Positions 45,719 through 54,564 of a DNA stretch of 54,564 nucleotides are shown here, one piece after another (the first letter of the stretch is position 1; each line of letters begins with the position of its first letter). The stretch is from Patescibacteria group bacterium. Lineage in GTDB: Bacteria > Patescibacteriota > Minisyncoccia > Phycocordibacterales > Phycocordibacteraceae. The translations under genes and the position numbers were made by a program. The stretch lies in assembly GCA_038064595.1 (NCBI GenBank), contig JBBTSV010000002.1, positions 1 through 54,564 of the forward strand, written 5' to 3'. Below the pieces are notes generated by a model. That model searched no databases and was not told the origin of the DNA. It saw only the letters and a program-made list of their open reading frames with translations.

Positions 45719-46429
45719 CTACGAGTGGGTGCCCCTCTGTGCAAAACTAGTCTCGGTGACTTTTTGATCAGAAACAATCTGTCCGTCGTCGAGTTTGACC
45801 ACTCGTTCGGCAAAGAGGGCATACTCTTCTTCGTGCGTCACCATAATGATGGTCTGCCCGCTCTTGTGCAGGTCAGCAAAGAAGTCCATGACGAGTGCCG
45901 ACGACTCTCGATCGAGGTTTGCCGTTGGCTCGTCGGCAAAAAGAACGTCAGGGGTGTGCGCAATGGCACGAGAAATAGAGACGCGCTGCTGTTCGCCACC
46001 CGAGAGCTGGCTCGGGAGGTTACCGAGTCGCGTCCCGAGCCCCACACGCTCGAGTGCGGTTTGTGCTTTTGTCTCCGCCTCGACGCGCGAAACGCCCTGC
46101 ATATAGAGCGGGAGAGCAACGTTTTCAAGCGCGGTAAGCTCGGGAAGAAGGGCATAGTCCTGAAATACATAGCCGAATTCGGCGAGACGAAACAGCATCT
46201 TCTCTCTTTCAGTCATCCGGTGTGCCTCTTTACCGTCAATAAGGATCTCACCTGACGTCGGCTCATCAAGGAGCGAGAGTTGGTACAGGAGGGTGCTCTT
46301 CCCTGCCCCCGAGCGCCCCATAATCGCGATGAACTCCCCGTCTTTGGCAGTAAAATTGATACCTTTCAACACCCGCGTCTCACGAGGACCATCCTTGAAC
46401 GTGCGGACAAGATTTTTTACGTCAATCAT
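45719..46429 (-). CDS. ABC transporter ATP-binding protein (MacB/LolD-like)
   Basis: Walker A GRSGAGKST, signature LSGGEQQRVSI, Walker B LFADEPT. The start was set at ATG 46429, 1 nt after the permease stop. Confidence 0.9.
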   Translation of the reverse strand: MIDVKNLVRTFKDGPRETRVLKGINFTAKDGEFIAIMGRSGAGKSTLLYQLSLLDEPTSGEILIDGKEAHRMTEREKMLFRLAEFGYVFQDYALLPELTALENVALPLYMQGVSRVEAETKAQTALERVGLGTRLGNLPSQLSGGEQQRVSISRAIAHTPDVLFADEPTANLDRESSALVMDFFADLHKSGQTIIMVTHEEEYALFAERVVKLDDGQIVSDQKVTETSFAQRGTHS

Positions 46430-46430
46430 A

Positions 46431-47684
46431 TTAATTGCGACCGAGGATCGAGTCGAGTGTGTTGCGCCGCACAATCATTCGCGATGGTAAATATCCTGCA
46501 ATCACCGTCGTAAGCACGAGAAGTATGATCCGGACGGCCGTCTCCGGCACTGGCGCGACAAGGATGCCATCGCTGAAGGGGAAATCAATCGGGTTGGCCG
46601 CCACCGCTGGCACTAATACACCATAGAGAACCGCTAACCCAATTGCCGACCCGATGACGGCATAAAACAGCGACTGGAAAACGTAAGAAATCTCAATCGC
46701 CGTTCCCGAGATTCCGATTCCTTTTAAGATACCGATGAATTTACGCCTCGTGATGGCATTGATAAAAATCACAATGAAGATGGTGATGGCGGCGACCACG
46801 AGCCCAATCGAGCTAAAGCCGTTCCCGAGCATGGCAAAAGTCGTTTTAATATCTTCAACCCCATTCGGAATTGAGTCGGTGAATGTCCGAACGATGGCCT
46901 TCTCGCCGATCCCGCTCGCAAGAAGGAGTTGTTTAAAGGCAACGGGGTCTGTCCCTGGCACGAGACGAATAGCAATTTGTGCGACGTTTTGATCAGTCCG
47001 ACCCATCAGGGTACGCAGCTCTGTCGCCGGCATAAAAATACTTGTTGCCAGAAGTCCCACCTTACTTTTCACCACACCCTTTACAAAGACTTCTCGGGTT
47101 GTGCCCTGTATCGTCAACCGCACTTTTGTCCCCGGTTCAACATTAGTAAGTGGGGTGAGCCCTGGCTGATCACCAAAGGCATATTTCGCAAGGAGATAGT
47201 TCCCCACCAAGATCTGATCATAGTCGTCTGCCGCTAGGTACTGACCGTCAATAATATGTTGCGAGAGTCCGGTGAACGCGTCTTCAGCCACTGGGTCAAT
47301 GCCGATCACTTGAGCGCCCGTGGCATCAGGCTTTTCGGTACTGTCCGTGCGCGTGAGGTAATTAGCCTCAATGGTCCCTCCCGTTTGATACCGCTCGGTG
47401 ACCCGCGCCACCTGTGGAAGAGTGGAGAGAAAGGCCGTCACGCGTGGTGTGTCTTCAATGTAGTTTTTAGTCGCAAGCGAAGAGAGTATGACATCGCCGG
47501 TGTACTGCGTTCGGTAGCTCTCATTAATACCCTCGATGAGCCCGACGAGAATGCCCGTCACCACCACGAGGTTAAGAAAGGTGAGGAGCATCACAAACAC
47601 AATGAGCCCCGTGGTCCAGAGGCTCGCGCGCCGCAGCTGACGCATCGCGAGATACAGCCCGACGCGGATATCAACGAGGGACAT
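46431..47684 (-). CDS. ABC transporter permease (FtsX/MacB-type)
   Basis: 417 aa with an N-terminal TM helix, a large extracytoplasmic domain and a C-terminal 3-TM FtsX-like domain. Confidence 0.85.
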   Translation of the reverse strand: MSLVDIRVGLYLAMRQLRRASLWTTGLIVFVMLLTFLNLVVVTGILVGLIEGINESYRTQYTGDVILSSLATKNYIEDTPRVTAFLSTLPQVARVTERYQTGGTIEANYLTRTDSTEKPDATGAQVIGIDPVAEDAFTGLSQHIIDGQYLAADDYDQILVGNYLLAKYAFGDQPGLTPLTNVEPGTKVRLTIQGTTREVFVKGVVKSKVGLLATSIFMPATELRTLMGRTDQNVAQIAIRLVPGTDPVAFKQLLLASGIGEKAIVRTFTDSIPNGVEDIKTTFAMLGNGFSSIGLVVAAITIFIVIFINAITRRKFIGILKGIGISGTAIEISYVFQSLFYAVIGSAIGLAVLYGVLVPAVAANPIDFPFSDGILVAPVPETAVRIILLVLTTVIAGYLPSRMIVRRNTLDSILGRN

Positions 47685-47689
47685 GGTTG

Positions 47690-49225
47690 TTATGGCACCG
47701 GCGCAAGTAGAATCTCCTCACCCCCAGTAAGTCCTGAGACAACATGAGCTTGCCCGAGTGCGGGTGTCGGGCCAAGAGTCACTGGACGCATCATCGCCTC
47801 CCCTTCAATAACGACCGAAACGTACGGTGCCCCATTTTTTGTCCCAATTGCTCCGGCAGGTATGACAATCGCCTGATTCAGCTGACCGGTTTCGATAAGA
47901 ACATTCGCTGTCATGCCACTCCGTATCCGCGAATCGGCAAGGCGGAACGAGAGTGTTGTTTTGTAGGTGGGAACACCATCCTTGATGGTTTCTGCAGGGT
48001 CGACCGCTACCACGACTGATGGGAAGGTGATGCGCGGACCATAGGCGTCAAGTGTCGTGGTTGCGGGAGCCCCCGCCATCACCCGTGCGATGGTCACCTC
48101 GGGAATGTAGATAACAATTTGAAACACACCATCGCTCTGGAGCGAGATCTGTGACGTTGTTGGCGAAACGATTTCTCCAACTTCTGCATCCATGCGTGTC
48201 ACGGTGCCCTTGAAAGGAGCGACGACCCGTGTCTTTGCGAGTTGTGCTGCTGCTGACCGGACGTCGGCTTCAGCAGCCGCTACGGCTGCCTCCTGCACCG
48301 CGAGAGTCTCTTCTGACGCGCCTGCCACATCGAACTTAAGCGCACTCACCGCGGCGTCAAGTGCTGCAGCGTTAGCGATGAGGGTAGTCGCCGCAGTATT
48401 AACATTGGTGCGCGCAACCCCAAGCGTGGTGACATAGCTTGCGAGCGTCGTCGCTGACGTTGTTTGATCGGGTACGCCTTGGTTCAGTACCGTATTGGCA
48501 TCGGCAAGCAAGGTGGTGACGCGAGACATATATTCCCGTGCTTGCTTGGCGGCAACGACAACCGTGTCGTCGGTGAGCGATGCAACAAGATGTGCCCACG
48601 CACTGAGTACTGGTTCAACCGCGACACGGTCTTGTTCGACCGTCGCAACCAGTGTTGCGTTTGAGGCAGTAAAGGCGAGTTTGGGGACCGTGCGTGGATT
48701 CGTAAAGAATGAATCAACCCGATTATGTACGGCATCGTCCGAGACGGTGTAAGCATTCTGTATGGAATGCTTGAGGACGGCCGCCGCGTTGGCCACGTTG
48801 GTGCGCGCCACCGCGATTTCTTCTGGTTGCGGCCCGGCTTGGAGCTCGGTGAGTCTCGCTTGAGCTTCTCTCAAGGCAGACTGTTTTTGTGAGAGTGCGG
48901 CAACGAGATCGCCATTTTCAGTTTCGGCAAGGACAGCGCCAGCAGATACCTGGTCTCCTACCGTCGCATATATCTGGGCAATACGACCATTGGCAGCAAA
49001 TCCGAGCGCAACGTCTTGTGCCGCCGTCACGGTACCTGAAATGCTTACCTGCTCTCGAAAATCACTTCGTGCCACGGTGAAGGTGGCACCAAGACTCGCG
49101 CTCCGTCCAAAGAGAATATAAAAAGCGATAATCCCCGCACCCCCAATAAAGAGGAGTGTGAGCCATCGACGCGCAACAAGAGAGCGGAGTGAGTGAATAA
49201 CCCCCATATGACCTAAGTGTACCAC
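47690..49225 (-). CDS. Efflux periplasmic adaptor (HlyD/MacA-like membrane fusion protein)
   Basis: An N-terminal TM helix, a lipoyl-like segment, a long Ala-rich coiled-coil hairpin and a beta-barrel. An alternative ATG start lies at 49207. Confidence 0.8.
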   Translation of the reverse strand: MVHLGHMGVIHSLRSLVARRWLTLLFIGGAGIIAFYILFGRSASLGATFTVARSDFREQVSISGTVTAAQDVALGFAANGRIAQIYATVGDQVSAGAVLAETENGDLVAALSQKQSALREAQARLTELQAGPQPEEIAVARTNVANAAAVLKHSIQNAYTVSDDAVHNRVDSFFTNPRTVPKLAFTASNATLVATVEQDRVAVEPVLSAWAHLVASLTDDTVVVAAKQAREYMSRVTTLLADANTVLNQGVPDQTTSATTLASYVTTLGVARTNVNTAATTLIANAAALDAAVSALKFDVAGASEETLAVQEAAVAAAEADVRSAAAQLAKTRVVAPFKGTVTRMDAEVGEIVSPTTSQISLQSDGVFQIVIYIPEVTIARVMAGAPATTTLDAYGPRITFPSVVVAVDPAETIKDGVPTYKTTLSFRLADSRIRSGMTANVLIETGQLNQAIVIPAGAIGTKNGAPYVSVVIEGEAMMRPVTLGPTPALGQAHVVSGLTGGEEILLAPVP

Positions 49226-49245
49226 TCGCGTATACTAGAGTCACT

Positions 49246-49944
49246 GTGGATCCTTTTTCGATCATCGTCGGCGGGCTTGGGCTTATAGGCATCTTACTTT
49301 TGATGCGCCCCCGACGTTTCTACCTGATTCGTCATGGAGAAACGCTCCTGAACGCCGCGCATATCCGCCAAGGCGCCGATGGCGCACTCTCTGAAAAGGG
49401 GCGGCAGCAGGCAGATGCGGTGGGAAAAGCATTACAGCCGCTCAACATTAAGCTCATTATCACGAGCACCTATCCGCGCGCGATTGAAACGGCACACATT
49501 ATCGGTACGCGCCTCCACGCACGAATAGTCACCTCCCCACTCTTCGTCGAGCGACGCAACCCGAGCGAGATCATAGGCAAGTCGACACGCGACCCGGAGG
49601 TGACGCGTATCGTCGACCAGATGGACCTTGCCTACCATGAAGACGAGTACCGCTTCTCCGATGAAGAAAACTTTCTTGAGCTGCGGGAGCGGGGTCGTAA
49701 GTGTCTCACCCTGCTCCGACACCACGGGGGGCGGCACACAGCGATCGTAACGCACCACGTCACGCTCAAGATGATGTTGGCCTACATGCTCTACCGTAAC
49801 CGACTCCACTCGGCCGACTTCGTCAAACTGTCGTTTTTTAACATCTCTGATAACGCCTGCATTAGTGTGTGTGAATACAACCCCTGGAAACGCTTCTCTG
49901 CCACCCGCGGCTGGAGCGTCATCTCCTACAACGAGCAGCCGTAA
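49246..49944 (+). CDS. Histidine phosphatase family protein
   Basis: RHG motif YLIRHGETLLN and the distal IVTHHV. The start codon is GTG. Confidence 0.8.
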   Translation: MDPFSIIVGGLGLIGILLLMRPRRFYLIRHGETLLNAAHIRQGADGALSEKGRQQADAVGKALQPLNIKLIITSTYPRAIETAHIIGTRLHARIVTSPLFVERRNPSEIIGKSTRDPEVTRIVDQMDLAYHEDEYRFSDEENFLELRERGRKCLTLLRHHGGRHTAIVTHHVTLKMMLAYMLYRNRLHSADFVKLSFFNISDNACISVCEYNPWKRFSATRGWSVISYNEQP

Positions 49945-49976
49945 ACACAACCGGCGCCAAGGGCGCCGGTTGTGTT
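49945..49976. terminator. Bidirectional terminator hairpin between convergent genes
   Basis: ACACAACCGGCGCC-aagg-GCGCCGGTTGTGT. Confidence 0.75.
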
Positions 49977-49977
49977 G

Positions 49978-51609
49978 TTAGTAGCCCATGCCATCCATGC
50001 CGCCGCCCGCTGGCTCTTTTTTGGGTTCGGGGATTTCGGTAATCGCTGCTTCGGTGGTGAGAAGCATCGCTGCTGCCGAGACCGCGTTTTCAAGCGCCAT
50101 ACGCGGCATCTTTACCGGGTCGACAATGCCTGCGGCAAGCATGTCGTCAACAATCGCGTCAGTGACCGCATTGTAGCCTGCATGTGCCTTACCTCCCTGC
50201 ACACTCGTGACAATCGTCGTGACGTCGTCCTTCCCGGCGTTGAGCGCAATCTGCGTGAGCGGCATCTCAAGCGCTGCCATAACGATGGCATACCCCACCT
50301 TCTCGTCGGCAGCGAGCTTACTGTCTTGACCGACGAGCTTCTTGGCTACCTTGGCGAGCGCGGTACCGCCCCCTGCGACGATTCCCTCCTCAATCGAGGC
50401 TTTGGTCGCCTTCACGGCGTCATCGATCTTATCTTTGAGGTACTTCATCTCTGTTTCTGTGGCTGCACCGACGGAGATCACCGCGACTCCGCCCGAGAGC
50501 TTGGCGACCCGCTCCTCAAGCTTCTCTTTATCAAACTTCGAGTCGGTCTGCTCCATCTGGGTGGTGAGCTGCGCCACGCGCTCGGCAATCACAGACTTCT
50601 TCCCTTTCCCTCCCACGATCGTGGTGGTGTCTTTGGTCGCGACGACGCGTGCCGCCTTACCGAGCATCGCGAGGGTCGCATTCTCAAACGTCATGCCAAC
50701 ATCACTGCTGATCACCTGTGCGCCCACCACGGTCGCGATGTCCGCGAGGAGCTCCTTCTTACGATCCCCATAACCCGGGGACTTAACAGCCAAGACCGAG
50801 AAGGTCCCGCGCAACTTATTTACGATAAAGGTCGAGAGCGCGTCACCCTCAACATCGTCAGCTATAATCACCAATTCTTTTTTGCCCGACTGCACGACTT
50901 TCTCAAGAAGCGGGAGGATCTCCTGCACATTCCCGATTTTCTTATCCGTGATGAGCACCAGCGTGTCTTTCATTTCAGCCTCCATCCGCTCCGGATTGGT
51001 GACCATATAGGCGGAGACGTAGCCCTTATCGAGTTGAAGCCCCTCGACAATATCGTAGGAGAGTTCCATACCCTGCGACTCTTCAACCGTGACCACGCCA
51101 CTGCTGCCCACCTTCTCCACTGCTTCGGCGATAATGCCTCCGAGCAGTTCCGATTCGGCAGAGATGCTCGCAACCTGCTTCACCTCAGCCTTCCCACTCA
51201 CTGGCCGTGCCATTTTCTTAAGCTCAGTGAGCGCAACTTCTTTTGCCTTTTCCATACCACGGCGAATCGCCATTGCATTGGTGCCCTTCAGCATGTGGGC
51301 GAGTCCTTCCTGTACGAGAGCCTCGAGGAGGACCACCGAAGTGGTGGTGCCGTCACCTGCAGTGTCGTTGGTCTTGCTTGCGACCTCCTTTACGATTTCT
51401 GCACCCATATTCTCAAAGCGGTCTTTGAGTGAAATTTCTTTCGCGATCGAGACGCCATCGTTGGTGATCCGTGGGCCACCATACGACTTCTCGATCACCA
51501 CATTGCGTCCGCGAGGGCCGAGCGTCACCTTCACCGCACGAGCAGCGTGCGTGAGGCCTTTAGCAATCGCCGTGCGCGCCTCTTCAGAAAAGAGAATCTG
51601 TTTTGCCAT
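49978..51609 (-). CDS. groL: Chaperonin GroEL
   Basis: 543 aa, starting MAKQILFSEEAR, with DGTTT, IVAGGG and a C-terminal GGMDGMGY tail. Confidence 0.98.
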   Translation of the reverse strand: MAKQILFSEEARTAIAKGLTHAARAVKVTLGPRGRNVVIEKSYGGPRITNDGVSIAKEISLKDRFENMGAEIVKEVASKTNDTAGDGTTTSVVLLEALVQEGLAHMLKGTNAMAIRRGMEKAKEVALTELKKMARPVSGKAEVKQVASISAESELLGGIIAEAVEKVGSSGVVTVEESQGMELSYDIVEGLQLDKGYVSAYMVTNPERMEAEMKDTLVLITDKKIGNVQEILPLLEKVVQSGKKELVIIADDVEGDALSTFIVNKLRGTFSVLAVKSPGYGDRKKELLADIATVVGAQVISSDVGMTFENATLAMLGKAARVVATKDTTTIVGGKGKKSVIAERVAQLTTQMEQTDSKFDKEKLEERVAKLSGGVAVISVGAATETEMKYLKDKIDDAVKATKASIEEGIVAGGGTALAKVAKKLVGQDSKLAADEKVGYAIVMAALEMPLTQIALNAGKDDVTTIVTSVQGGKAHAGYNAVTDAIVDDMLAAGIVDPVKMPRMALENAVSAAAMLLTTEAAITEIPEPKKEPAGGGMDGMGY

Positions 51610-51612
51610 AGG

Positions 51613-51924
51613 TTAGGAAAGTTGAATAAGACTAATATCGGACTCATGGAGGACGTAGTACTCGACGCCATCGAGTTTAATCGGTTCGTCCCATGGCTTT
51701 TTAAACACCACCACATCTCCGACAGCAACCTCCATCATGAGACGCTCTCCCGTGTCGCTCAATCGTCCCGGACCCGTCGCCATGACGGTTCCTGAGAGAA
51801 GCTTCTCCTTATCGACCGTGTCGGGGATGATGAGTCCCGAAGCGAGCTTCCGCTCACCTCCATTTTCTGAAGGCTTAACGACCACGCGGTCTCCAAGCGG
51901 CTTTAACGAAAGCTTTTTTGCCAT
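51613..51924 (-). CDS. groES: Co-chaperonin GroES
   Basis: 103 aa with LKPLGDRVVVK, directly upstream of groL. Confidence 0.95.
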   Translation of the reverse strand: MAKKLSLKPLGDRVVVKPSENGGERKLASGLIIPDTVDKEKLLSGTVMATGPGRLSDTGERLMMEVAVGDVVVFKKPWDEPIKLDGVEYYVLHESDISLIQLS

Positions 51925-52041
51925 AGCATGCCTATTTTATGAATAAAAGTGCCCTGCGCCCTTGTAGAGGGAGTATAGAGAAACTGTCGTGCGTATGCAA
52001 CTTGCACCCGCGTGCTTGGGCATGGTATGCTAGCCACCAAG

Positions 52042-52278
52042 ATGGAGGCACTCGTATCGGCACTGCCCTACGCAGAAATCGTCCTCTCGATACTCCTTAT
52101 CGTCGGCATCGTGCTCCAGCAGCGCGGCGCGACTCTCGGGGGAGCATTCGGTGGAGATAATTTTGCGTCGACATTCTACAAGCGCAGGGGCGCCGAGAAA
52201 TTTCTTTTTACTGCCACTATTGCGGTCGCGATTCTCCTCGTTCTCGCGGCGACAGTAAACTTCCTTCTGGTGAGATAA
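52042..52278 (+). CDS. secG: Preprotein translocase subunit SecG-like
   Basis: Two TM helices separated by the Gly-rich loop LQQRGATLGGAFGGDN. The start is ambiguous (ATG at 52012, 52027 or 52042). Confidence 0.65.
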   Translation: MEALVSALPYAEIVLSILLIVGIVLQQRGATLGGAFGGDNFASTFYKRRGAEKFLFTATIAVAILLVLAATVNFLLVR

Positions 52279-54005
52279 TGGAGGACACGCCACAGAAAAA
52301 TTGGCGCGAGGAGCTCACGCGAGCGCGGAGCTTCCGTTTTATTTCCTCGCTTGAAGGGCGTGTACGGGTTCTCTCTTCTGGCGATCGTGCACTCTTCTTC
52401 TTCCTTGCTCTTATCGTGGTGGGGGCAGCGCTCGGCGGTCTGTATACGCTTGAGCAGAAGCTCCTCATTGAGGTTCCCACCTACGGCGGATCCCTCACTG
52501 AAGGTGCTGTGGGGAGTCCGCAGTTTATGAATCCGCTCCTTGCTATCAGTGATGCCGATCGAGATCTCTCCATGCTCACCTATGCGGGGCTCATGGGGCT
52601 CTCGGCAAATGGTGTCCTCATTCCCGTAATCGCCGAACGTTACGAGATCAGCCCTGATGGCAAAACGTACCTTTTTACCATTCGCGCTGACGCTCGATTC
52701 TCTGACGGGACTCCGATAACTGCAGAAGATGTGGTCTTCACGATCCATAAGGCACAAGATCCTTCGCTCAAGAGTCCCGAATATGCCAACTGGTCTGGGG
52801 TGGCCGTCGTGGCGCTCGACGAACGTACGGTGCGTCTCTCCTTGTCAAAACCCTATGCCCCGTTCCTTGGTCTCACCACACTCGGTATCCTTCCGGAACG
52901 CTTGTGGGAAAAGATTGCTAGCAGCGAGTTCCCGTTTACCGGTCTTGAGACCAAGCCGGTCGGCGCCGGCCCTTTCAAGGTGGCGCGGGTTACTCGCGAC
53001 GCTTCCGGATTGATTAAATACGTCGAGCTGTCTGCGAACCCGTACTACCCGCTGGGACGTCCGTATCTTGATGAGATCCACCTTTACTTTTATCCGCGCA
53101 CAGAGGATCTCTCCACTGCGCTCCACACTGGAGCAATTGAGAGTGCGTACGACGCTCCCTCCCCTTCTGCTCTCTCGGCACCCTACGCACGTGTCTTTGG
53201 TGTTTTCTGGAATCCAAGCGAGAAACCCGCATATGCACGTCTCGAGGTGCGCAAAGCGCTCTCCCTGGCGCTCGACCGCAATGCTCTTGTGAACAACGTG
53301 CTCGGCGGCTATGCAACCGCCATCATGGGGCCGGTGCCACGCGGCGGGAATGTGGTCCAAGCTTCACTCCCCGAATCTGCTAATCCGACTGCAGCGGCAG
53401 CAAAGGTGCTCACGAGCGCCGGCTGGACGTACGACGGCACAGAACGATTGTGGAAGAATACTTCTCTTAAGCAGACGCTCGACGATATCACCATCCGTAC
53501 GTCCAACGTTCCGGAACTGAAAGGGGTCGCAAGTGCGGTAAAAACGGACTGGGAGAAACTCGGTGTCCGCGTCACGATTGAGCTGTATGAACCAGGCGAC
53601 CTCTCGCAAAATGTCATCCGCCCGCGTAAATATGAGGCGCTTCTCTATGGCATGGTGATCGGGCGCGATCAAGATCTCTACGCGTTCTGGGATTCCCAAG
53701 AACGGAACGATCCAGGTCTCAATATCGCGCTCTACGCAAATAAAGAGGTGGATACTCTGCTTGAGGACGCACGGAGCTCAACTGACGAGACTATACGCAA
53801 GGGTAATCTCCAGAAAGTTGAGGATATTGTTGCAGGAGAGTATGCAGCTGCATTTCTCTACACCCCCGACTTCACGTACACTATACCCACCGATATCCGT
53901 GGTGTATCCCTCCCGCAGATTATCAGTCCCGCTGACCGCTACGCGACCGTAGCGCAGTGGTACCGAGTGACCGATCGCGTATGGCCGTTCTTTGTCGATT
54001 CGTAA
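52278..54005 (+). CDS. ABC transporter substrate-binding protein, family 5 (peptide/nickel type), membrane-anchored
   Basis: 575 aa with an N-terminal TM anchor, then SBP_bac_5-like blocks (FTIRADARFSDGTPITAEDVVF, GAGPFKV). Its ATG overlaps the secG TAA. Confidence 0.8.
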   Translation: MEDTPQKNWREELTRARSFRFISSLEGRVRVLSSGDRALFFFLALIVVGAALGGLYTLEQKLLIEVPTYGGSLTEGAVGSPQFMNPLLAISDADRDLSMLTYAGLMGLSANGVLIPVIAERYEISPDGKTYLFTIRADARFSDGTPITAEDVVFTIHKAQDPSLKSPEYANWSGVAVVALDERTVRLSLSKPYAPFLGLTTLGILPERLWEKIASSEFPFTGLETKPVGAGPFKVARVTRDASGLIKYVELSANPYYPLGRPYLDEIHLYFYPRTEDLSTALHTGAIESAYDAPSPSALSAPYARVFGVFWNPSEKPAYARLEVRKALSLALDRNALVNNVLGGYATAIMGPVPRGGNVVQASLPESANPTAAAAKVLTSAGWTYDGTERLWKNTSLKQTLDDITIRTSNVPELKGVASAVKTDWEKLGVRVTIELYEPGDLSQNVIRPRKYEALLYGMVIGRDQDLYAFWDSQERNDPGLNIALYANKEVDTLLEDARSSTDETIRKGNLQKVEDIVAGEYAAAFLYTPDFTYTIPTDIRGVSLPQIISPADRYATVAQWYRVTDRVWPFFVDS

Positions 54006-54069
54006 ATCATTTTCGTACGGGTTTCCTTTTATTTTATTCACTACCCGAAAGTAACTAGTCTAGTACTGT

Positions 54070-54564
54070 ATGAATGTAGCACCAGCCCCCGCGCCCGCTC
54101 CACAGCCTGCGCGCCCACACACCCCACCACCAGCCGAACGTCGCCCTGACACGCGAACGCCCGCTTCGCCGACTCATCGAGGCGAGCCACGGCGCTTCGA
54201 GCGATCCTCCCCTAGCAGACAAGGTGGTCGCTCGAGCGGCCCCCGCCCCGGCGGTGCCTCTCGCCGTATTCAGCGCATCCTGCGTCGACCCATGTCGCAG
54301 TCAACGCGCAGTCCGCGAACTGTTGCTGACTACTACCCTGAACCGGCCGGCCCTACCACGGTTCGCATCATCCCCTTGGGGGGGGTTGAAGAGGTCGGCC
54401 GCAACATGATCGCGGTTGAGGTTGGCGCCACCGGCGACATCCTCGTCTTTGACGCGGGCTTTCAGTTTGTCTCCGAAGACTCAGCCCCGGGTGTCGACTA
54501 CATCCTCCCCAACACCAAGTATCTCGAGAAGAATGCTCATCGCGTGAAGGGCGTTATTATCACC
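54070..54564 (+). CDS. rnj: Ribonuclease J (metallo-beta-lactamase fold), 3'-truncated by the window edge
   Basis: The manual frame from ATG 54070 has no stop to the window end. VRIIPLGGVEEVGRNMIAVE...DAGFQF...PGVDYILPN matches the RNase J N-terminus. It is preceded by about 90 aa of Pro/Arg-rich low complexity, and an alternative start lies at ATG 54292. Confidence 0.8.
   Translation, partial: MNVAPAPAPAPQPARPHTPPPAERRPDTRTPASPTHRGEPRRFERSSPSRQGGRSSGPRPGGASRRIQRILRRPMSQSTRSPRTVADYYPEPAGPTTVRIIPLGGVEEVGRNMIAVEVGATGDILVFDAGFQFVSEDSAPGVDYILPNTKYLEKNAHRVKGVIIT

Noticed and set aside
49972-51432. A 486-aa plus-strand ORF
   Set aside because: It is entirely antisense to groL, whose identity is unambiguous. 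It is a typical long shadow ORF in GC-rich coding DNA. The same reasoning applies to 12176..12922 (antisense to apbE), 27854..28765 and 28769..29272 (antisense to ligA), 36270..36971 (antisense to pilC), 37588..38172 (antisense to pilT), 41680..42426 (antisense to the pilN-like gene) and 17249..17908 (antisense to eno).

Overview
This 54.6 kb window reads as a gene-dense bacterial chromosome segment. The gene content suggests a Patescibacteria/CPR-like organism, which is inference only: a very large type IV pilus cluster with many pilin paralogs, comFC, gatCA, a free-standing LAGLIDADG gene and a sparse carbon-metabolism set. In order, it contains the following. (1) 53..3435 is a more A+T-rich segment bracketed by about 150-bp inverted repeats, 103 bp of them perfect. 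It carries a large serine recombinase and a tightly coupled three-gene cassette of unknown function, and it abuts tRNA-Thr. (2) A cupin gene, tRNA-Asp and an A+T-rich LAGLIDADG homing-endonuclease gene whose 3' end overlaps the tRNA. (3) A surface-glycan cluster: O-antigen-ligase/TPR fusion, ABC-2 exporter, methyltransferase, two GT2 enzymes and a priming sugar transferase. (4) tRNA(CAT), apbE and a DoxX-like gene. (5) Glycerate kinase, ppsA, eno, a 2-hydroxyacid dehydrogenase and a short zwf. (6) An FMN-binding protein carrying the ApbE flavinylation motif, start/stop-abutted with a membrane FNR-like reductase. (7) A rearranged tRNA(CAT) locus with partial tRNA copies and a 152-nt structured element lying between two hairpins. 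(8) gatA, gatC and ligA. (9) An approximately 14 kb type IV pilus region: four minor-pilin-like genes (one fused to a glycine-rich domain), pilD, four tandem pilin paralogs, pilC, pilT, a CheY-like receiver, pilB and pilMNO-like genes. A REP-associated tyrosine transposase (RAYT) flanked by palindromic REPs interrupts it. (10) comFC, tRNA-Ser and an O-methyltransferase. (11) A MacAB-like efflux set, groES/groL, secG, a family-5 substrate-binding protein and the 5' part of RNase J. The best candidates for something undescribed are the recombinase-associated three-gene cassette with its long inverted repeats, the tRNA-derived structured element, and the RAYT/REP system inside the pilus locus. 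All functional calls come from motif recognition in the supplied translations. No database search was run.
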